64,000 bases of DNA from the human T2T-CHM13v2.0 reference genome, Homo sapiens: NCBI RefSeq assembly GCF_009914755.1, contig NC_060931.1; one strand, given 5' to 3'. Positions 13,920 to 28,139 of the stretch are shown here, one piece after another (the first letter of the stretch is position 1; every line of letters starts with the position of its first letter). Made by a program: the position numbers and the translations under genes. The notes under the pieces are model-generated. The model worked only from the letters and a program-made list of their open reading frames with translations, did not search any database and was not told the origin of the DNA.

Positions 13920-14830
13920 TTAGAACTACAATAAAAAGTCCCACAAAATTAAGGGGACACTTGATAAATTAATTCTAAATTGTTTATGGAAGAACAAATG
14001 GTCCAGAAGAGTTTCCGCATGTTTTAAGAACAATAACAGCAGAGGACTTGAAAAATTTATTATCTTTTTGCTATTAGTATACTGAAAAATAGATTAGAAT
14101 GAAAAGACAAGTTAATTAATGGAGTGAATGGAGAGCCCTGAATAGGTACAGAATTTGCAAACTGGGAGGAAATATTTATCATTCATATTACTAGCAATTA
14201 CTAACTAAGAATATGTAAAGAACTTATACCACAAATCAACAACAATAGAATATAAAAATAGACAATACATGAAAAATATTTCACAGATAACGAAACATAT
14301 GGCCAACAATTAACAAAAAACCCTCCTTGCTCTTGTTGACTCTCAGTAAAACACAATTCAAAAGAACTTAAACACCACTTTTTATACCCTTTCTTTAGCA
14401 AAAATTAAGTTTTGGTAATATCAATGTTGGCAAGGATGTGGATCATTTTTACTTATAAAAGTTAAATTGTAAATTCCTCCAACCATACTAAAACAATTGG
14501 AAATCATTTTATGCAGTTAATCATTCAAATATCCTATGATTCAAAATTCCACAAAAGTGGAAAGGCTTATACCAAAAAGAGAACTTTGAACATAAATATC
14601 AGTTAGAATATTTAAGAATGTTTATAACAGTACTTTCATAATAACAAAAAACTAGAAACATGCCAAATGTCCACCAAAAATATGGATAAATTAATCTGGT
14701 ATACTGATACAATGATTATAATATAGCAGGAAAAATAAATGAAGTGCAACTATATATACAACTACATGCATAAATTTGCATAAGAAACTGCTATGAGAAG
14801 AGGCATATTAAGATGACTGCATGCAGTATG
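13920..14830 (+). mobile_element. Old L1M (L1ME-like) ORF2 end and 3'UTR
   Basis: ttgataaattaattctaaattgtttatggaag; aatgttggcaaggatgtgga; actagaaacatgccaaatgtcca...atggataaatt motifs. Confidence 0.65.
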
Positions 14831-14854
14831 AGAAATATGTAATATGGTTTTCTT

Positions 14855-17800
14855 GGGGGAAAATGGTGGCTAGGAGACAGGACTAATGTGCAGCTTCCAC
14901 TTGAATGGACAGAAGAGTGTGTGGAGACTCACATCATGAACTTTTGCTGCAAGAACCACTGCAGGACCATACCAGGAAAACAAAAGAATTCACAGACCCA
15001 TTTGAAAGAAGTGGCTAGCTACTGCAAACTCTGTGAGATAGCCAAAAAACTGTGAGTTCTCAAAGTGTTAGCGGGCGGAAAGTCTGCCTCTGAATACACA
15101 TCCGTAATGGAGAACCTGAAAATCCAGATCACAGGAGATGGATTTAACCTTACCTATAGCTGAAACAGTAAGGGAGCTAAGCGAAATATAAAAGTAAAAG
15201 AAACAGTGTAAAGAACCCTGTAGGCACTCCCAGTCCCTAGCTCAAGCCCAAAGAAGTCATCCTTGACTTTATTTCACAGGAGTTCTTGGGGAAGGTAGCC
15301 AGTAGAATTAGGGAGGGACCAAAGGGTGAAAGAGGCTTCTAACTGAACTTTGTAATAATTTCAACCAAGCCCAAATTTTTCTGAGCAGGATCTGGGGAGT
15401 GAGCTGCAAGTGCAGATACAAGCACAGAAGCCACAGCCAATGGTGCAGGCATGTGTTGGGGAGAAAGGCCTGAAAGCCCTGCTTGCTTTCTCAATAGGGA
15501 GGCTTGTAGCTTGGGGCAACATCTCAGACCTGCTCACCAGCTGCTGGATACAAACTGGGTGCTGTTGGTGTGGCATGGTGGGAGTGAGGCTGGCCTTGCT
15601 GGCTGTGTGGGAGCTCGGTGAGGCCCATTACTGCCAGCTTTCCCCCACTTCCCTGGTAATCTGTATGATAATCACTAGAACAAGTAGAAGAAAAAACTTT
15701 AGAGCTCGAAGACACAGCTTTGGAATTAACACAATCTGACAAAGACAAAGAAAAAAGAATTTAAAAAGTGAACAAAGCCTCCAAGAAATTTAGGATTATG
15801 TTAAATGACAACACTTAAAAATAATTGCTGTTCCTGAGGAAGAAGATAAATCTGAAAGTTTGAAAATCTTATTTGAGGGAATCATTGAGGAAATCTTCCC
15901 TGGTCTTGCTAAAGATCTAGACATTCAAATAAAAGAAGCCCAAAGAACACCTGGGAAATTCATTGCAAAGAGATTATCAAGTTATCTAAGTCAAGACAAA
16001 GAAAAGAATTTTAAGAGCAGTGAGGCAAAAGCATCAGGTAAACTATAAGTGAAACCCTACCAGATTAACAGCAGATATCTCATCAGAAACCCTACAACCC
16101 AGAAGGGATTGGGGTCTTATATTTAGCCTTTTTAAACAAAACAATTATCAGCCAGGAATTTTGTATTCAGTGAAACTAAACTTCATAGATGGAAGAGAGA
16201 TAAAATATTTTTCAGACAAACAAATGCTTAGGAAATTCCCCACTACCAAGGCAGCACTACAAGAAATGCTAAAAGGAGCTATAAATCTTGAAACAAACCC
16301 CAAAATACACCTCTTTAAAGCATAAGTCTCACAGAGCCTATAAAAAAGTAACACAATGAAAAAAAAAAAACAAGGTATTCAGACAACAACTTGCATGATG
16401 AATAGAATAATACCTCATATTTCAATACTGACGTTAAATGGAAATGGTCTAAATGCTCCACTTAAAAGATACAAAATAGCAGAATGGATAAAATTCCACA
16501 AACCAAGTATCTGCTTCAGGTCTTCAGGAGAATCACCTGACACATAAGGACTCACATAAACTTAAAGTAAAAAGGTAGAAAAATATATTCCATGCAAATG
16601 GACACCAAGAGTGAGCAGGAATAGCTATTCTTGCATCAGACAAAACACACTTTAAAGCAACAACAGTTAAAAAAGACAAAAAGAGACATTGTATAATGAC
16701 AAAAGGATTAGTCCAACAGGAAAATATCACAATCCATAATATATATGCACCTCATACAGGGGCTCCCAAAGGTAGAAAACAATTTCTATTGACCTAATAA
16801 ATGAGACAGATGGCAAATCAATAGTAGTGGGGGACTTCAGTACTCCACTGACAGCACTAGACAGGTCATCAAGACAGAAAGTCAACAAAGAAGCAAAGGA
16901 CTTAAACTGTACCATAGAATAAATGGACTTAACAGATATTTACAGAACATTCTACCCTACAACTGCAGAATATACATTCTATTCATCAGCATATGGAACA
17001 TTCTCCAAGATAGACAATATGCTAGGCCACAAAACAAGTCTTAATAAATTTAAGAAATCAAAATTATATCAAGTACTCTCTCAGACCACTGTGGATCAAA
17101 ATTGGAAATCTACTCCAAAAGGAACCCTGAAAACCATGCAATTACGTAGATAATAAATAATCTGCTCCAGAATGATCATTGGAGAACAATAAAATAAAGA
17201 CGGAAATTTAAAAATTTTTTGAACTCAATGTTAATGGTGACACAACCGATAAAATCCTCTGGGATACAGCAAAAGCAGTGCTAAGAGTAAAGTTAAGAGC
17301 ATTAAATGCCTAAAACAAAAATTCTGAAAGAGCACAAATGGACAATCTAAGATCAAACTTTAAGGAGCTAGAGAAACAAAAACAAACGAAACCAAAACAC
17401 AACAGAAGAAAAGAAATAACAAAGTTCAGGGCAGAATTAAATGAAATTGGAACAAAAACTGCAAAATATAAGTGAAACAAAAAGCTTATTCTTTGTAAAG
17501 ATAAACAAAACTGATAGACCATTAGTGAGATTAAACAAGAAAAGAAGAGAGATCTAAGTAAACTCAGTTAGAAACAAAATGGGAGATATTACAACAAATA
17601 CCACAGAAATACAAAAAAAAAAAATCATTCAAGGCTAGTGTAGACACCATTATGTGCACAAACTAGAAAACCTGGAGGAGACTGATAAATTCCTGGAAAC
17701 ATACACCCCTCCTAGATTAAATCAGGAAGAAATAGAAACTCTGAACAGGCCAATAACAAGTAACAAGATTGAAACAGTAATTTTAAAATTGCCAACAACA

Positions 17801-20488
17801 ACAAAAAAAGTCCAGGGCCAGATGAATTCACAGTTGAATTCTATTAGACATTCAAAGAAGAATTGGTACCATTTCTACTGAAACTATTCCAAATGATAGA
17901 GAAAGAGCAAATCCTCCCTAAATCATTCTATGAAGCCAGTACCACCCTAAGACCAAAACCAGGAAAAGACATAACAAAAAAAAAAAAAAGAAAACTATAG
18001 GCCAATACCCCTGCTCAATATACATGCAAAAATTCTCAACAAAATACTAGCTAACCAAATCCAACAGCATATCGAAAACATAATGTATCATGATTAAGTG
18101 ATTTTATACCAGGGATGCAGAGATAGTTTAACATATTCAAGTAAATAAATGTGATACACCACATAAACAGAATTAAAAACAAAAAAATAATATGATCATC
18201 TCAGTAGACACAGAAAAAGTATTTAATACAATTCAGCATCTTTTTATGATTAAAACCCTCAGCAAAATTAGTATGGAAGAAACATACCTTAAGGTAATAA
18301 AAGCCATTTATGACAAACCCACAGGCAACATTATACTGAACCAGGAAAAGTTGAAAACATTCCCTGTGAGAACTGGAACAAAACGAGGATGCCCACTTTC
18401 ATGACTCTACTCAACATAGTACTGGAAGTCTTAGCCATAGCAATCAGACAAGAGAGAGAAAAAAGGGGCACACAAATTTGTAATGAGAAAATCAAACTGT
18501 CACTGTTTGCCAATGATATAATCATATCATTTAGAAAACCCTAAAGACTCATCTAGAAAGCGCCTAAATTTGATAAATGAATTCAGTAAAGTTTCAGGAT
18601 ACAAAATCAATGGACACAAATCAGTAGCATTGCTACACACCAATAGCAGCAAAGCTGAGAATTAAATCAAGTACTCAACTCCTTTTACAAAAGCTGTAAA
18701 AAAAATTAAATAAAATAAAATACTTAGGAATATACCTAACTAAGGAGGTGAAAGAGCTCTACAAAGAAAACAATAAAACACTAGTGAAAAAAAAAATAGA
18801 CAACACAAATGAAAACACATTCCATGCTCATGGATTGGTAGAATCAATACTGTAAAAATAACCATACTCCAAAAAGCAATATATAAATTCAATGTGATTC
18901 CCATCAAAATACCATCATCATTCTTCATAGAACTAGAAAAAATAATCCTAAAATTCATATGGAACCAAAAATAGCCTGCATAGCAGAAGCAAGTCTAAGC
19001 ACAATGAACAAATCTGGAGGCATCACATTACCGGACTTCAAACTATGCTACAAGCCTATATAGTTACCAAAACAGAATGGTAGTGGTATAAAAACAGGCA
19101 CATGGACTAATGGAATAGAACAGACAACCCCAAAATAAAGCCAAATACTTATAGCCAACTGATCTTTGAGAAAGCAAACAAAAACATAAAATGGGAAAAG
19201 GACACCCTATTTAACAAATGATTCTGGGATAATTGGCAAGCCACATTTAAAAGAATAAAACTGAATCCTCATGCCTCACCTTATATAAAAATCAACTCAA
19301 GATGGATCAAAGACTTACATCTAAGAAATGAAACCATAAAAGTTCTAGAAAATAACATTGAAAAAAACCATTCTAGACATTGGCTTAGACAAAGACTATA
19401 TGACCAAGAACCCAGAAACAAATGCAACAATAACAAAGGTAAATAGAAGGGACTTAATTAAACTAAAAAGCTTCTTCACAACAAAAGAAACAATCAGCAT
19501 ATTAAACAGACAACCCACCAAGTGGAAAAAAAGTCTTTGCAAATAATGCATCTGACAAATGACTAATATCTAGAATCTATAAGGAACTCAAACAAATCAG
19601 AAAGAAAAAATATAATCCCATCAAAAAATGAGCCCAGGGCATGAATAGACTATTCTCAAAAGAAGATACACAAATGGCCAACAAACCTATGAAAAAATGC
19701 TCAATATCACTAATGATCAAGGAAAGCAAATCAAAACCACAATGAACGACAACCTTACTCCTGCAAGAATGGCCATAATCGAAAAGTAAGAATATAATAG
19801 ATGTTCGTGTGGAGGTGGTGAAAAGGGAACACTTTTACAGTGTTGATAGGAATGTAAACTAGCACAACCACTATGAAAAACAGTGTGGATATTCCTTAAA
19901 GAATTAAAAGTAGATCTACCATTTGATCCAGCAATCACATTGCTAGAGGAAAAGGAGTCATTGTACGAAAAAGATACTTGCACACACGTGTTTATAGCAC
20001 CACAATTTGCAATTGCAAAAATATGGAACCAGTCCAAATGCCCAAAAATCAATGACTGGATTAAGAAAATATTATATAACATGGAATATATATATATATA
20101 TATATATATAATGGAATACTACTTAGCCATAAAAAGGAATGAAATAATGGCATTCACAGCAACCTGTGTGGAATTGGAGAATAGTTTTCTAAGTGACATA
20201 ACTCAGAAATGGAAAACCAAACCAAACATTGTATGTTCTGTTCTTATTCATAAGTAAGCTAAGCTGTGAGGATGCAAAGGCATAAGAATTATACAGTGGA
20301 CTTTTGGGGCCCAGGGGAAAGGGTGGGAGGGGATTGTGGGATAAAAGACTACACATTGGGTACAGTGTACACTGCTTGGGTGAAGGGTGCACCAAAATCT
20401 CAGAAATCACAACTAAAGAACTTATTCATGTAATCAAACACCACCTGTTTCTCAAAAACCTATTGAAATAAAAATTAATTTTAAAAAA
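14855..20488 (+). mobile_element. L1PB-type LINE-1 (L1PBa-like 5' end, L1PB1/2-like 3' end) with internal deletion
   Basis: 5' gaaaatggtggctaggagacaggact...ggagactcacatcatgaacttttgct. ORF2 peptides (ISILTLNGNGLNAPLKR, DLTDIYRTFYPTTAEYTF). 3' gggtacagtgtacactgc...caccaaaatctcagaaatcac...ctattgaaataaaaa. Confidence 0.95.
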
Positions 20489-20639
20489 GAGCAAAAAATG
20501 AGTAAATTATGAATAATTGTAATTTACAGCCATTGTCTTTCAAAGCATGAGGTCTCTGGAGGAGGAAAAAGCAAAGCTAAGTGGCCCTGTGGTAAAATGA
20601 TAAAAAATAGATGTTCTTTATTTTTAGGCATAAATTATA

Positions 20640-20989
20640 GATGATAAGAGGTTTGGCCCCTAAATGATGATTGGGTCATGAGGGTTCTGCGCTCATTAGT
20701 GGATTAATCCATTTATGGATTAATAACTTAATGAAATATCATGGGAGTGGGTTACTTATCATGATAGTGGGATTATAAAAGCCAGTTTGGCTGTCCGTAT
20801 GCATGTCTCACACTGTGATGCCTTTTGTGACATTATAACACAGCATGAGGCCCTCACCAATAGCTGATCAAGTATGGCCACTCAGTCTTGAACTTCCCAG
20901 GCTCCAGAATTATAAGAAATAAAACGTTTTTCCTTATAAATTACCCAGTCTTGAGTATTCTGTTATAGCAACAGAAAATGGACTAAGAA
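20640..20989 (+). mobile_element. MaLR LTR, MST family (MSTC/MSTD-like), 5'-truncated
   Basis: ggattaatccatttatggattaat; ataaaagccagtttgg; 3' ataaattacccagtc...ctgttatagcaacagaaaatggactaaga. Confidence 0.8.
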
Positions 20990-20991
20990 GG

Positions 20992-21320
20992 ATATATATA
21001 TATATAATATTTATATAAAATAAGTATTTATGCTATGATTTATACTAGTACTATATAGGAGACTGGGATATATACTAGGATAAATTTTATATTTATCATT
21101 CATATTTTATATAGATATATGCATGTACTAGGATATATGTAGAATATGTAGTATCCTAAGTATATACTATATAGTATATACTATGTATACTATATATAGG
21201 TCATACCATATATATACTACATATGGTATACTATATGTTTGACATATGTCTTAGTGTATGCCTATATAATAAACATACATATATTCATACAATTAAAATT
21301 TTAGTGTGTGTGTGTGGGTG
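20992..21320. repeat. (TA)-rich low-complexity tract followed by short (GT)n
   Basis: Degenerate TATA/TAC repeats visible directly. Confidence 0.8.
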
Positions 21321-21647
21321 TATCCTGCTATCATGTAATTTTAATATGCTAAAATTTTATTTAAGCAAGAAATAGTCTAGTTGTTTCATCATTAAAAACT
21401 TTAGGAGGCAATACTAATCATAAATAATGCTATACATCCTCTTAGTCTTAATGGTGAGGAAATGATGGCAAATGTCAACTTTGCATGTGTTGTATTACAT
21501 CCTAGGTATAATGTAACAGGAGCAATCCTATTGTTAAGGATTCTTTATTATGAAGGCATTAACTCATATGGTATGGTAAAATTATATGAAAAGTTGTTTA
21601 TGTGAGTATGTCTTTCTTTGATTACAATCTATTAAAAAGTCAGAATG

Positions 21648-21905
21648 GGCTGGGCACAGTGTTCATGCCTGTAATCCCAGCACTTTGGGAGGCCGAGGTG
21701 GGAGGATCATGAGGTCAGGAGATCGAGACCATCCTGGCCAACATGGTGAAACTTCATTTCTGCTACAAATACAAAAATTAGCCGGGCATGGTGGCGCGTG
21801 CCTGTAATCCCAGTTACTTGGGTGGCTGAGGCAGGAGAATTGTTTGAACAGGGAATCAGATGTTGCTCTGGCAATAGAGCGAGACTCCGTCTCAAAAAAA
21901 AAAAA
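21648..21905 (+). mobile_element. AluSc-like SINE with a right-arm deletion
   Basis: ggctgggcacagt...ggatcatgaggtcaggagatcgagaccatcctggccaac; poly-A. TSD aaaaagtcagaa(t/g)g at 21634-21647 and 21906-21919, preceded by TT. Confidence 0.95.
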
Positions 21906-22165
21906 AAAAAGTCAGAAGGAACATTGTGCTCTGTTGCCAATCATTGCCAAACTAAGTACTTGTGAAAATATTTGATAAATGATGGGGAGGGAAACAATGT
22001 TATTACTAAAATAGAAGATTCCTATCTTATCTGGATTATTTATTGCTTTGTTTAAACTAGTTTTCAAAGACAATGTTTTTAAATGTAGGCACCTAATACT
22101 GGACTGTTTAATTCATAGACAAAGTGCCCGTAACATCTAAACTATCATACAACTAGTTATAACTG

Positions 22166-22397
22166 CAGTTGACCCTTGAACAACATGGGTTAGAATTGCA
22201 CAGGTCCATTTATGTTAAGGGGATCGATAATACAGTATTCAAGGAATGCAAAATAAGCATATATGAAAGCTCTACTTTTCATATCCACCAGTTGCACAGG
22301 GCCCACTGAAGGGCTTGAGTATGTGGGGATTTTCACATATGTGGAGTTGGAAGAGTGGTCCCAGAAGGAATACCTTGCATGTAGCTAGAGGCAACTG
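22166..22397 (-). mobile_element. MER8 (Tigger2-related MITE)
   Basis: cagttgacccttgaacaacatggg ... aatacagtatt ... cttgagtatg ... gaggcaactg|ta; terminal inverted repeats cagttg/caactg. Confidence 0.8.
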
Positions 22398-23964
22398 TAA
22401 ACTGTGTGACTCAAATTTCCTGAATATAAATGTATTCATTGATGTGACAACCTCAACTATTCGGAATGCTTCTAGGAATGTGGAATTCAGTATTGAAGTC
22501 AGGAAGTCTATGTGCTAAAAAAATTTCTAAGACATTATCTTCAAACCTAGTTTAATTTTGAACAAAATTCTTGCAAGTTTGGCAAGATGGCTTTTCAGCT
22601 CACAGAAGCTTACATGTAGTAAATAAGAGAGACAGATTGGGAAGAACTTGGGAACTGCTGGTGGCAGATATAGAGATCAAGAACATGTCCTTGAGTAGAT
22701 GAGTGGAGACATATGATGACAATGAGACAGTTCTGCTCTTTAGAATCTCACCTAGACAGGCATAGCCTGCCTGACTGTGAATGAAAACAAAATATAAAAA
22801 AATCAAATTATACAAAAAAGATCATTTGGTGGGAAGGCAAAAAGGTTAATACTTTTAAACATATTTCAAAGAGTTTACTTGCCCTTGAAATCTTTGTTCT
22901 ATTGCTGTTCATTATTAACAATTTTTTTTAAGTATATCCGACTTCATTAAGAGAAGACTAACTTATATTCATCCACTATTTTAAGTATATGTAAAGGACA
23001 TAGTATGCTTGGGAAATCTCTAAATGTCATTTGAAAATATAAAGATAAGCTCTTAAAAACTGAGCATAACTCAGCTGGAATGTTATCTCACATGCAAGCT
23101 TATTCTGTATGTCAGTTAGGATCTTCATGAAAACTTAAAGTTAGTTTGGTAAATTCAAAGCTATAGAAAATAGGAAATAGACGTTCTTATGAATGTAATA
23201 CTGTATGTCTAGTGATTTCAGAAATAGCATCATGCAAGACAAATAAGCAAGCTATGTTGTGTCTTGTAATTATGAGTAACAGTTCTTAAGATTTAGCAAG
23301 TAGATGTAAATACCTCACGTAAAGTAACTCTGCCGCATCTCTGAAGACAAGAACAATAGTTAACATTTACCTAGTCGATCATTGCACATCATTAGCTTCT
23401 CTTGACCCTTTAAACTGTTATGGTAGCAAAGAAAAGCAGATAATAGGTAAAAACTGTGCTTTTATTAATACATTTAAGATTTTAGGCTCATTAAACTTAA
23501 TATTTAAGATACTTCTGCAAAAGAGCAAGAGTACATAGACACAGCTTTGAAAGAGTTGTGTTTTGAAAAAAAGTTTTATAAAATGTTAAAATATAACAAT
23601 AGAAATCATGGAGCACATTCAAGCAAGTATTCCTTCATTTGCTAATAAGGTGATTTTCCATAGCAAATATTAAAATAAAATAATTTAGTTATATTCATAT
23701 TAGTTCTGTGTAGCAGTTTTATGTCTGTGTCCATTGCTTACTGGTCTAATTTAAGACTACAAATCACATACACACACAAAAAAAATCTCAATGTAGATGT
23801 TCCTTTCTGTTTTTTAAAATGCTTCTATACATACAGTCTCATTTTTCACTCACAACTCTAGCAAAGGTGTTGTTATTTACATTATAAGCATTTTGCATCA
23901 AGAAGGGAAAGGGAACAGATACTTGTATTACAAGACGAATACTGATGAGAATTATCATTTGTTT

Positions 23965-24290
23965 AGAACTTATTATGCTTTTCATACACTAATTTAATTC
24001 ACATTATCACTTTATAAAATAAGCATGCCATTAAAATAATCACTTAGCAGATTAGAGTTTTAATAAATGATTTTGCCCAAAGTCACGCAGCTACTAAATG
24101 ATGAAGCCACGATTTGAAGGCAGGTTTTCTGTCTGATGCATCAACTGCTCTAAGCTTTCAATTTAAGTATATTATCATATTTGACCACAATTTATTACCC
24201 TTGCTTTACAAATGAGTCAACTGATATTCAAAACATGTCAATGAATTGTTCTCTGATTTAAAACCCAGCCTTCTGATTTTGAGAGTTGTG
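23965..24290 (-). mobile_element. MIR fragments (two)
   Basis: ttgcccaaagtcacgcagctactaaatgatgaagccacgatttgaa and tttacaaatgagtcaactga...gatttaaaacccagccttctga. Confidence 0.55.
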
Positions 24291-24313
24291 ATCTATGGTA
24301 AATACATGGCTAA

Positions 24314-24620
<307 letters not shown>

Positions 24621-25616
24621 CAAAATGTATTTGAGAAAGGTTTGCTTTCTTTGCAGCTCACAACAATACGTTTTTTTACATGTATCATCAAGAACACGTG
24701 CCAACTGTATGATTTTTATAAGATAATCATTATATCAATTTTTTTTTACTGGAGCAGGCTACAGCTTAGGAGGAGTTGGAGACAGGTTGGAACTATAGGA
24801 GTTGGGGACAGTTGGGGAGAGATAGGTTAATTTTTGTATAAATATTATGCAAATATTACAACATTAATTTTTACATAAAATCAAAATTTTCTACTTATTA
24901 TCTACAGATGTCGTAGGGGCACATATTAGTGAAATAATAAATTGGCCATGCAATTTGTTTGCAGTTAATATAATATTTTGATGAATATCCTTTTTTCTGC
25001 CTTTATGTTCTTTATTGTAACAATAAAGAAAATCAATTTAGGAATTACACTATTGTGTTACTAGGGATGCAATCTTTTCTACAAACTGAAACTAGCTCTA
25101 AGGTTATTTGCGATACTATATTTAGATATTTTAATGAGGGTCAGGGCCCGCTTGAGTTGCAAGTGAGTTGCAAATGACATGGCAATCATTCTTTCTTCCA
25201 AAGAACCAAAGGCTGCTTATTTATTTATTTATCTTTGTTTATTTGTTTTTTTGCAAGAAATGTATGTTTTATATACATCAACTTGATTTCAGCATAATTA
25301 TCAAATTATTATGAAATTTCTGGTATGGCTAGCTCTTTCTGTCTCAGAATGTAAGAAAAAATTGAATATCAAAACAGTTGTTTAAAATTTCTCTTGTGTC
25401 TTTGGAAAAAAGTTTATCTTACTCTTTAATATATTTGGTTTCAAATACATCATTTTTATAAATTATAAAATTCTAAAAGAGCAGAAGTTACATGTCCATA
25501 GCTCAATGAATATAATAGCAATATCTGCTCAAGATCTGCTGAGACTTGCCTGTAGTTTTATCTGTAGTTTTCTAGTGACACATATTCTGCACTGTTTCAC
25601 ATAGCTTAAAATAACA

Positions 25617-25780
25617 ATTAGGACAAATAACTAATGCATGCGGGGCTTGAAACCTAGATGACAGGTTGATAGGTTCAGCAAACCACCATGACACATATAT
25701 ACCTATGTAACAAACCTGCATGTACTGCACATGTATCCCAGAACTTAAAGTAAAATAAAAAAAGTTAAAAATTAAAAAAA
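25617..25780 (+). mobile_element. Short 5'-truncated L1PA (about PA7-8) 3' end
   Basis: ttaggacaaataactaatgcatgcggggctt...aacaaacctgcatgtactgcacatgtatcccagaacttaaagtaaaataaaa. TSD aaaata(a/c)caattagg. Confidence 0.9.
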
Positions 25781-25818
25781 AATACCAATTAGGCCTAAAA
25801 GGACACATAGCTTTACTA

Positions 25819-26520
25819 CAGGTATATGTCAGCAATATTGCAGGTTTGGTTCCAGATCATCACAGTAAAGTCAGTCACATCAATTTTCTGTTTTCCCAGT
25901 CCATATAACAGTTGTATGGACACTATACTGTATTCTGTTAAGTGTGCAATAGCATCATGTCTACAAGAATGTAATTTAATTAAAGCTTAATTTAAAAACA
26001 GCTTATTGCTAAAAAATACTGGCACTATCATCTAAGCCTTCAGTGAGCCATAATCGTTTTGCTGGTGGAGAGTCTTGCCTCCATGCTGATGGCTGCTAAC
26101 TTATCAGGGTGGTGGTTGCTGAAGGGTGGGATGGCTATGGCAATTTCTGGAAATACAAGAAGAGTGAAATTTGCCTCATTGATTGACTCTTCCTTTCACG
26201 AAAGATTGCTGTGTGGCATGCAATGCTGCTTGACGGCATTTTACGCCTAGTAAATATTTCTTTCAAAATTGGAGTCGGTCCGCTCAAACACTGCAGCTGC
26301 TTGACCAACTAAGTTGATGTAATATTCTAAATCCTTTGTTGCCATTTTAACAATATTCATAGCATCTTCACCAGGAATAGATTACATCTCAAGAAACTGC
26401 TTTCTTTGCTCATCTATAGGAAGCAACTCCTCAACCACTCAAGTTTTACGATGAGATTGCAGCACTTCCGTCACATCTTCAGGCTCCACTTCTAATTCTA
26501 GTTCTCTTGCTACTTCTGCT
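25819..26520 (-). mobile_element. Tigger1 DNA transposon 3' fragment
   Basis: ta|caggtata...atattgcaggtttggttccagatca...ttaagtgtgcaatagcat and transposase-region text gcatcttcaccaggaatagattacatctcaagaaac match the reverse complement of Tigger1. Confidence 0.88.
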
Positions 26521-26938
26521 CTAATGGCAGAAAATGAAGTAGTGTGACAGACAAGTAGGGAGTTCATTTTGAGGTTCATGTTCTTTTCTCATATTTTTCT
26601 TTAATTTAACCTACTTTTGCTCCTTGAATCATAGAAGAGCATTTAAATCATTATTTCTTCCTTCAGTAAGAGTGATCTTACAGCTAGATTTGGACAAAAC
26701 TCCATGCTTACCTCTAAGGGGTACCTGGAATCCTGGTTCTGATTGGATGGGCTAAATAGTGACTTAAAATGTGCTTTTAATATGTGAAGCTTCTCTGGCA
26801 GCACCTAGGGCTAGCTTGTTTATTTATGTCTTATTGTTGGTACAAAAGTTTAATTCACCTGTCCTGGCTGTGTGACCAGTAGGTCATATAAAACCACAAT
26901 GGAAGCATTTGCATGAGCCCCCCTGAAGTCAAGATTCC

Positions 26939-27447
26939 TGTGGTAGGCCAAATAATGCTTCCTCTGAACATATGCATGCCCTAATTCTTGGAACCTGTTA
27001 ATGTCATTCTATATGGCAAAAACAAAGAATAACAATTTGCAGATGTGACTATGTTAAAGATCTTGAGATGGGGACATTATCCTGCATTATTCAGGTAAGC
27101 TCTAAATGCAATCACATGTATCCCTATAAGAGTGAGGATGAGAAAGATTTGACACACACAAAAGAAGAAAAAGCAATGTCATCAGGAAGGCAGAGATTGG
27201 TGTGAGGCAGCCACAGGTCAAGGAATGCCAGCAGCCACCAGGAGTCACCAGGAGCTGCAAGAGGGAAGTAACAGTTTCTCTACTAGAGCCTTCAGAGAGA
27301 GAATATCTTTGCTAGAAGTGTGATTTTGGGCTCAGTGATGCTGAGTTTGGAACTTTAGCCTCTAGAACTATGACAGAGTGCATTTCTGTTGTTTGAAGCC
27401 CTCAGAGCAGTGGTAATTTGTTACAGCAGCCACGTAAAACTAATACA
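26939..27447 (+). mobile_element. MLT1C/MLT1D-type MaLR solo LTR
   Basis: TG...CA ends (tgtggtaggc...aaactaataca), perfect 5-bp TSD attcc, internal tttgcagatgtga...gatcttgagatgggg. Confidence 0.9.
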
Positions 27448-28139
27448 ATTCCTCACACACATCTTGGTGGTTCATGATCTGGAAACAAATGCTAATTCCG
27501 TATGACTAAGAAATGATCCAGGAGAGCAGAGCCTGGCAGTATGTTGGGCCCTGTTCCTGGCCTGTGCTGTCTTTCTACTTCATACTATAACCTTTGCCTT
27601 TATTAGAGACTTCCTGAGTATGCTCTGTGGAAGGTTGTGAATGTTTTTAATTATCTGAACTGTGTAACATATGCAGTTAACATTATGAAGATTTTTGCAA
27701 TAATTCCTGATTTGTAATTTTAAAAATGAGTAAGGCTTTACTTGAGAGATAGAAAGACAAGAAAAGTAAGAGTGAGAAATCATTGTTGCCTTTGGGCTTC
27801 CGTGGGGTGAAGTCACAAAAACACTGCAAGCATTGATGAGACAAAATTGTATCAATGCCACTTGCAGTTGGTAGATCAAGGTTTAGGGGAAGTGCTAAAT
27901 CCAAAACAATAAAAATTCTAATAAAGAGGAAGTATTAGCTGCTTTTGTCTCTTTTAGCAGAAATAAAAGTAAATGAGAAACAATCCAAGAATGCTAGAAC
28001 CATAAAGTTATGGCTGGTGACTGAGTTTGTAAAGCAAAGGGGTATATTTATTTATTCCAAGAAGGAAGTCAGGAAGATATCTGTTTTGATCAAAAAGATT
28101 TATGTCAGGCTAATAATGAATGAAATTGTTGTACAGGTT

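Noticed and set aside
5571-20410. Dozens of 60-137 aa ORFs on both strands
   Set aside because: All lie in decayed L1 sequence. Sense ORFs are broken ORF1/ORF2 pieces and antisense ORFs reflect L1 composition, so they are not host genes.
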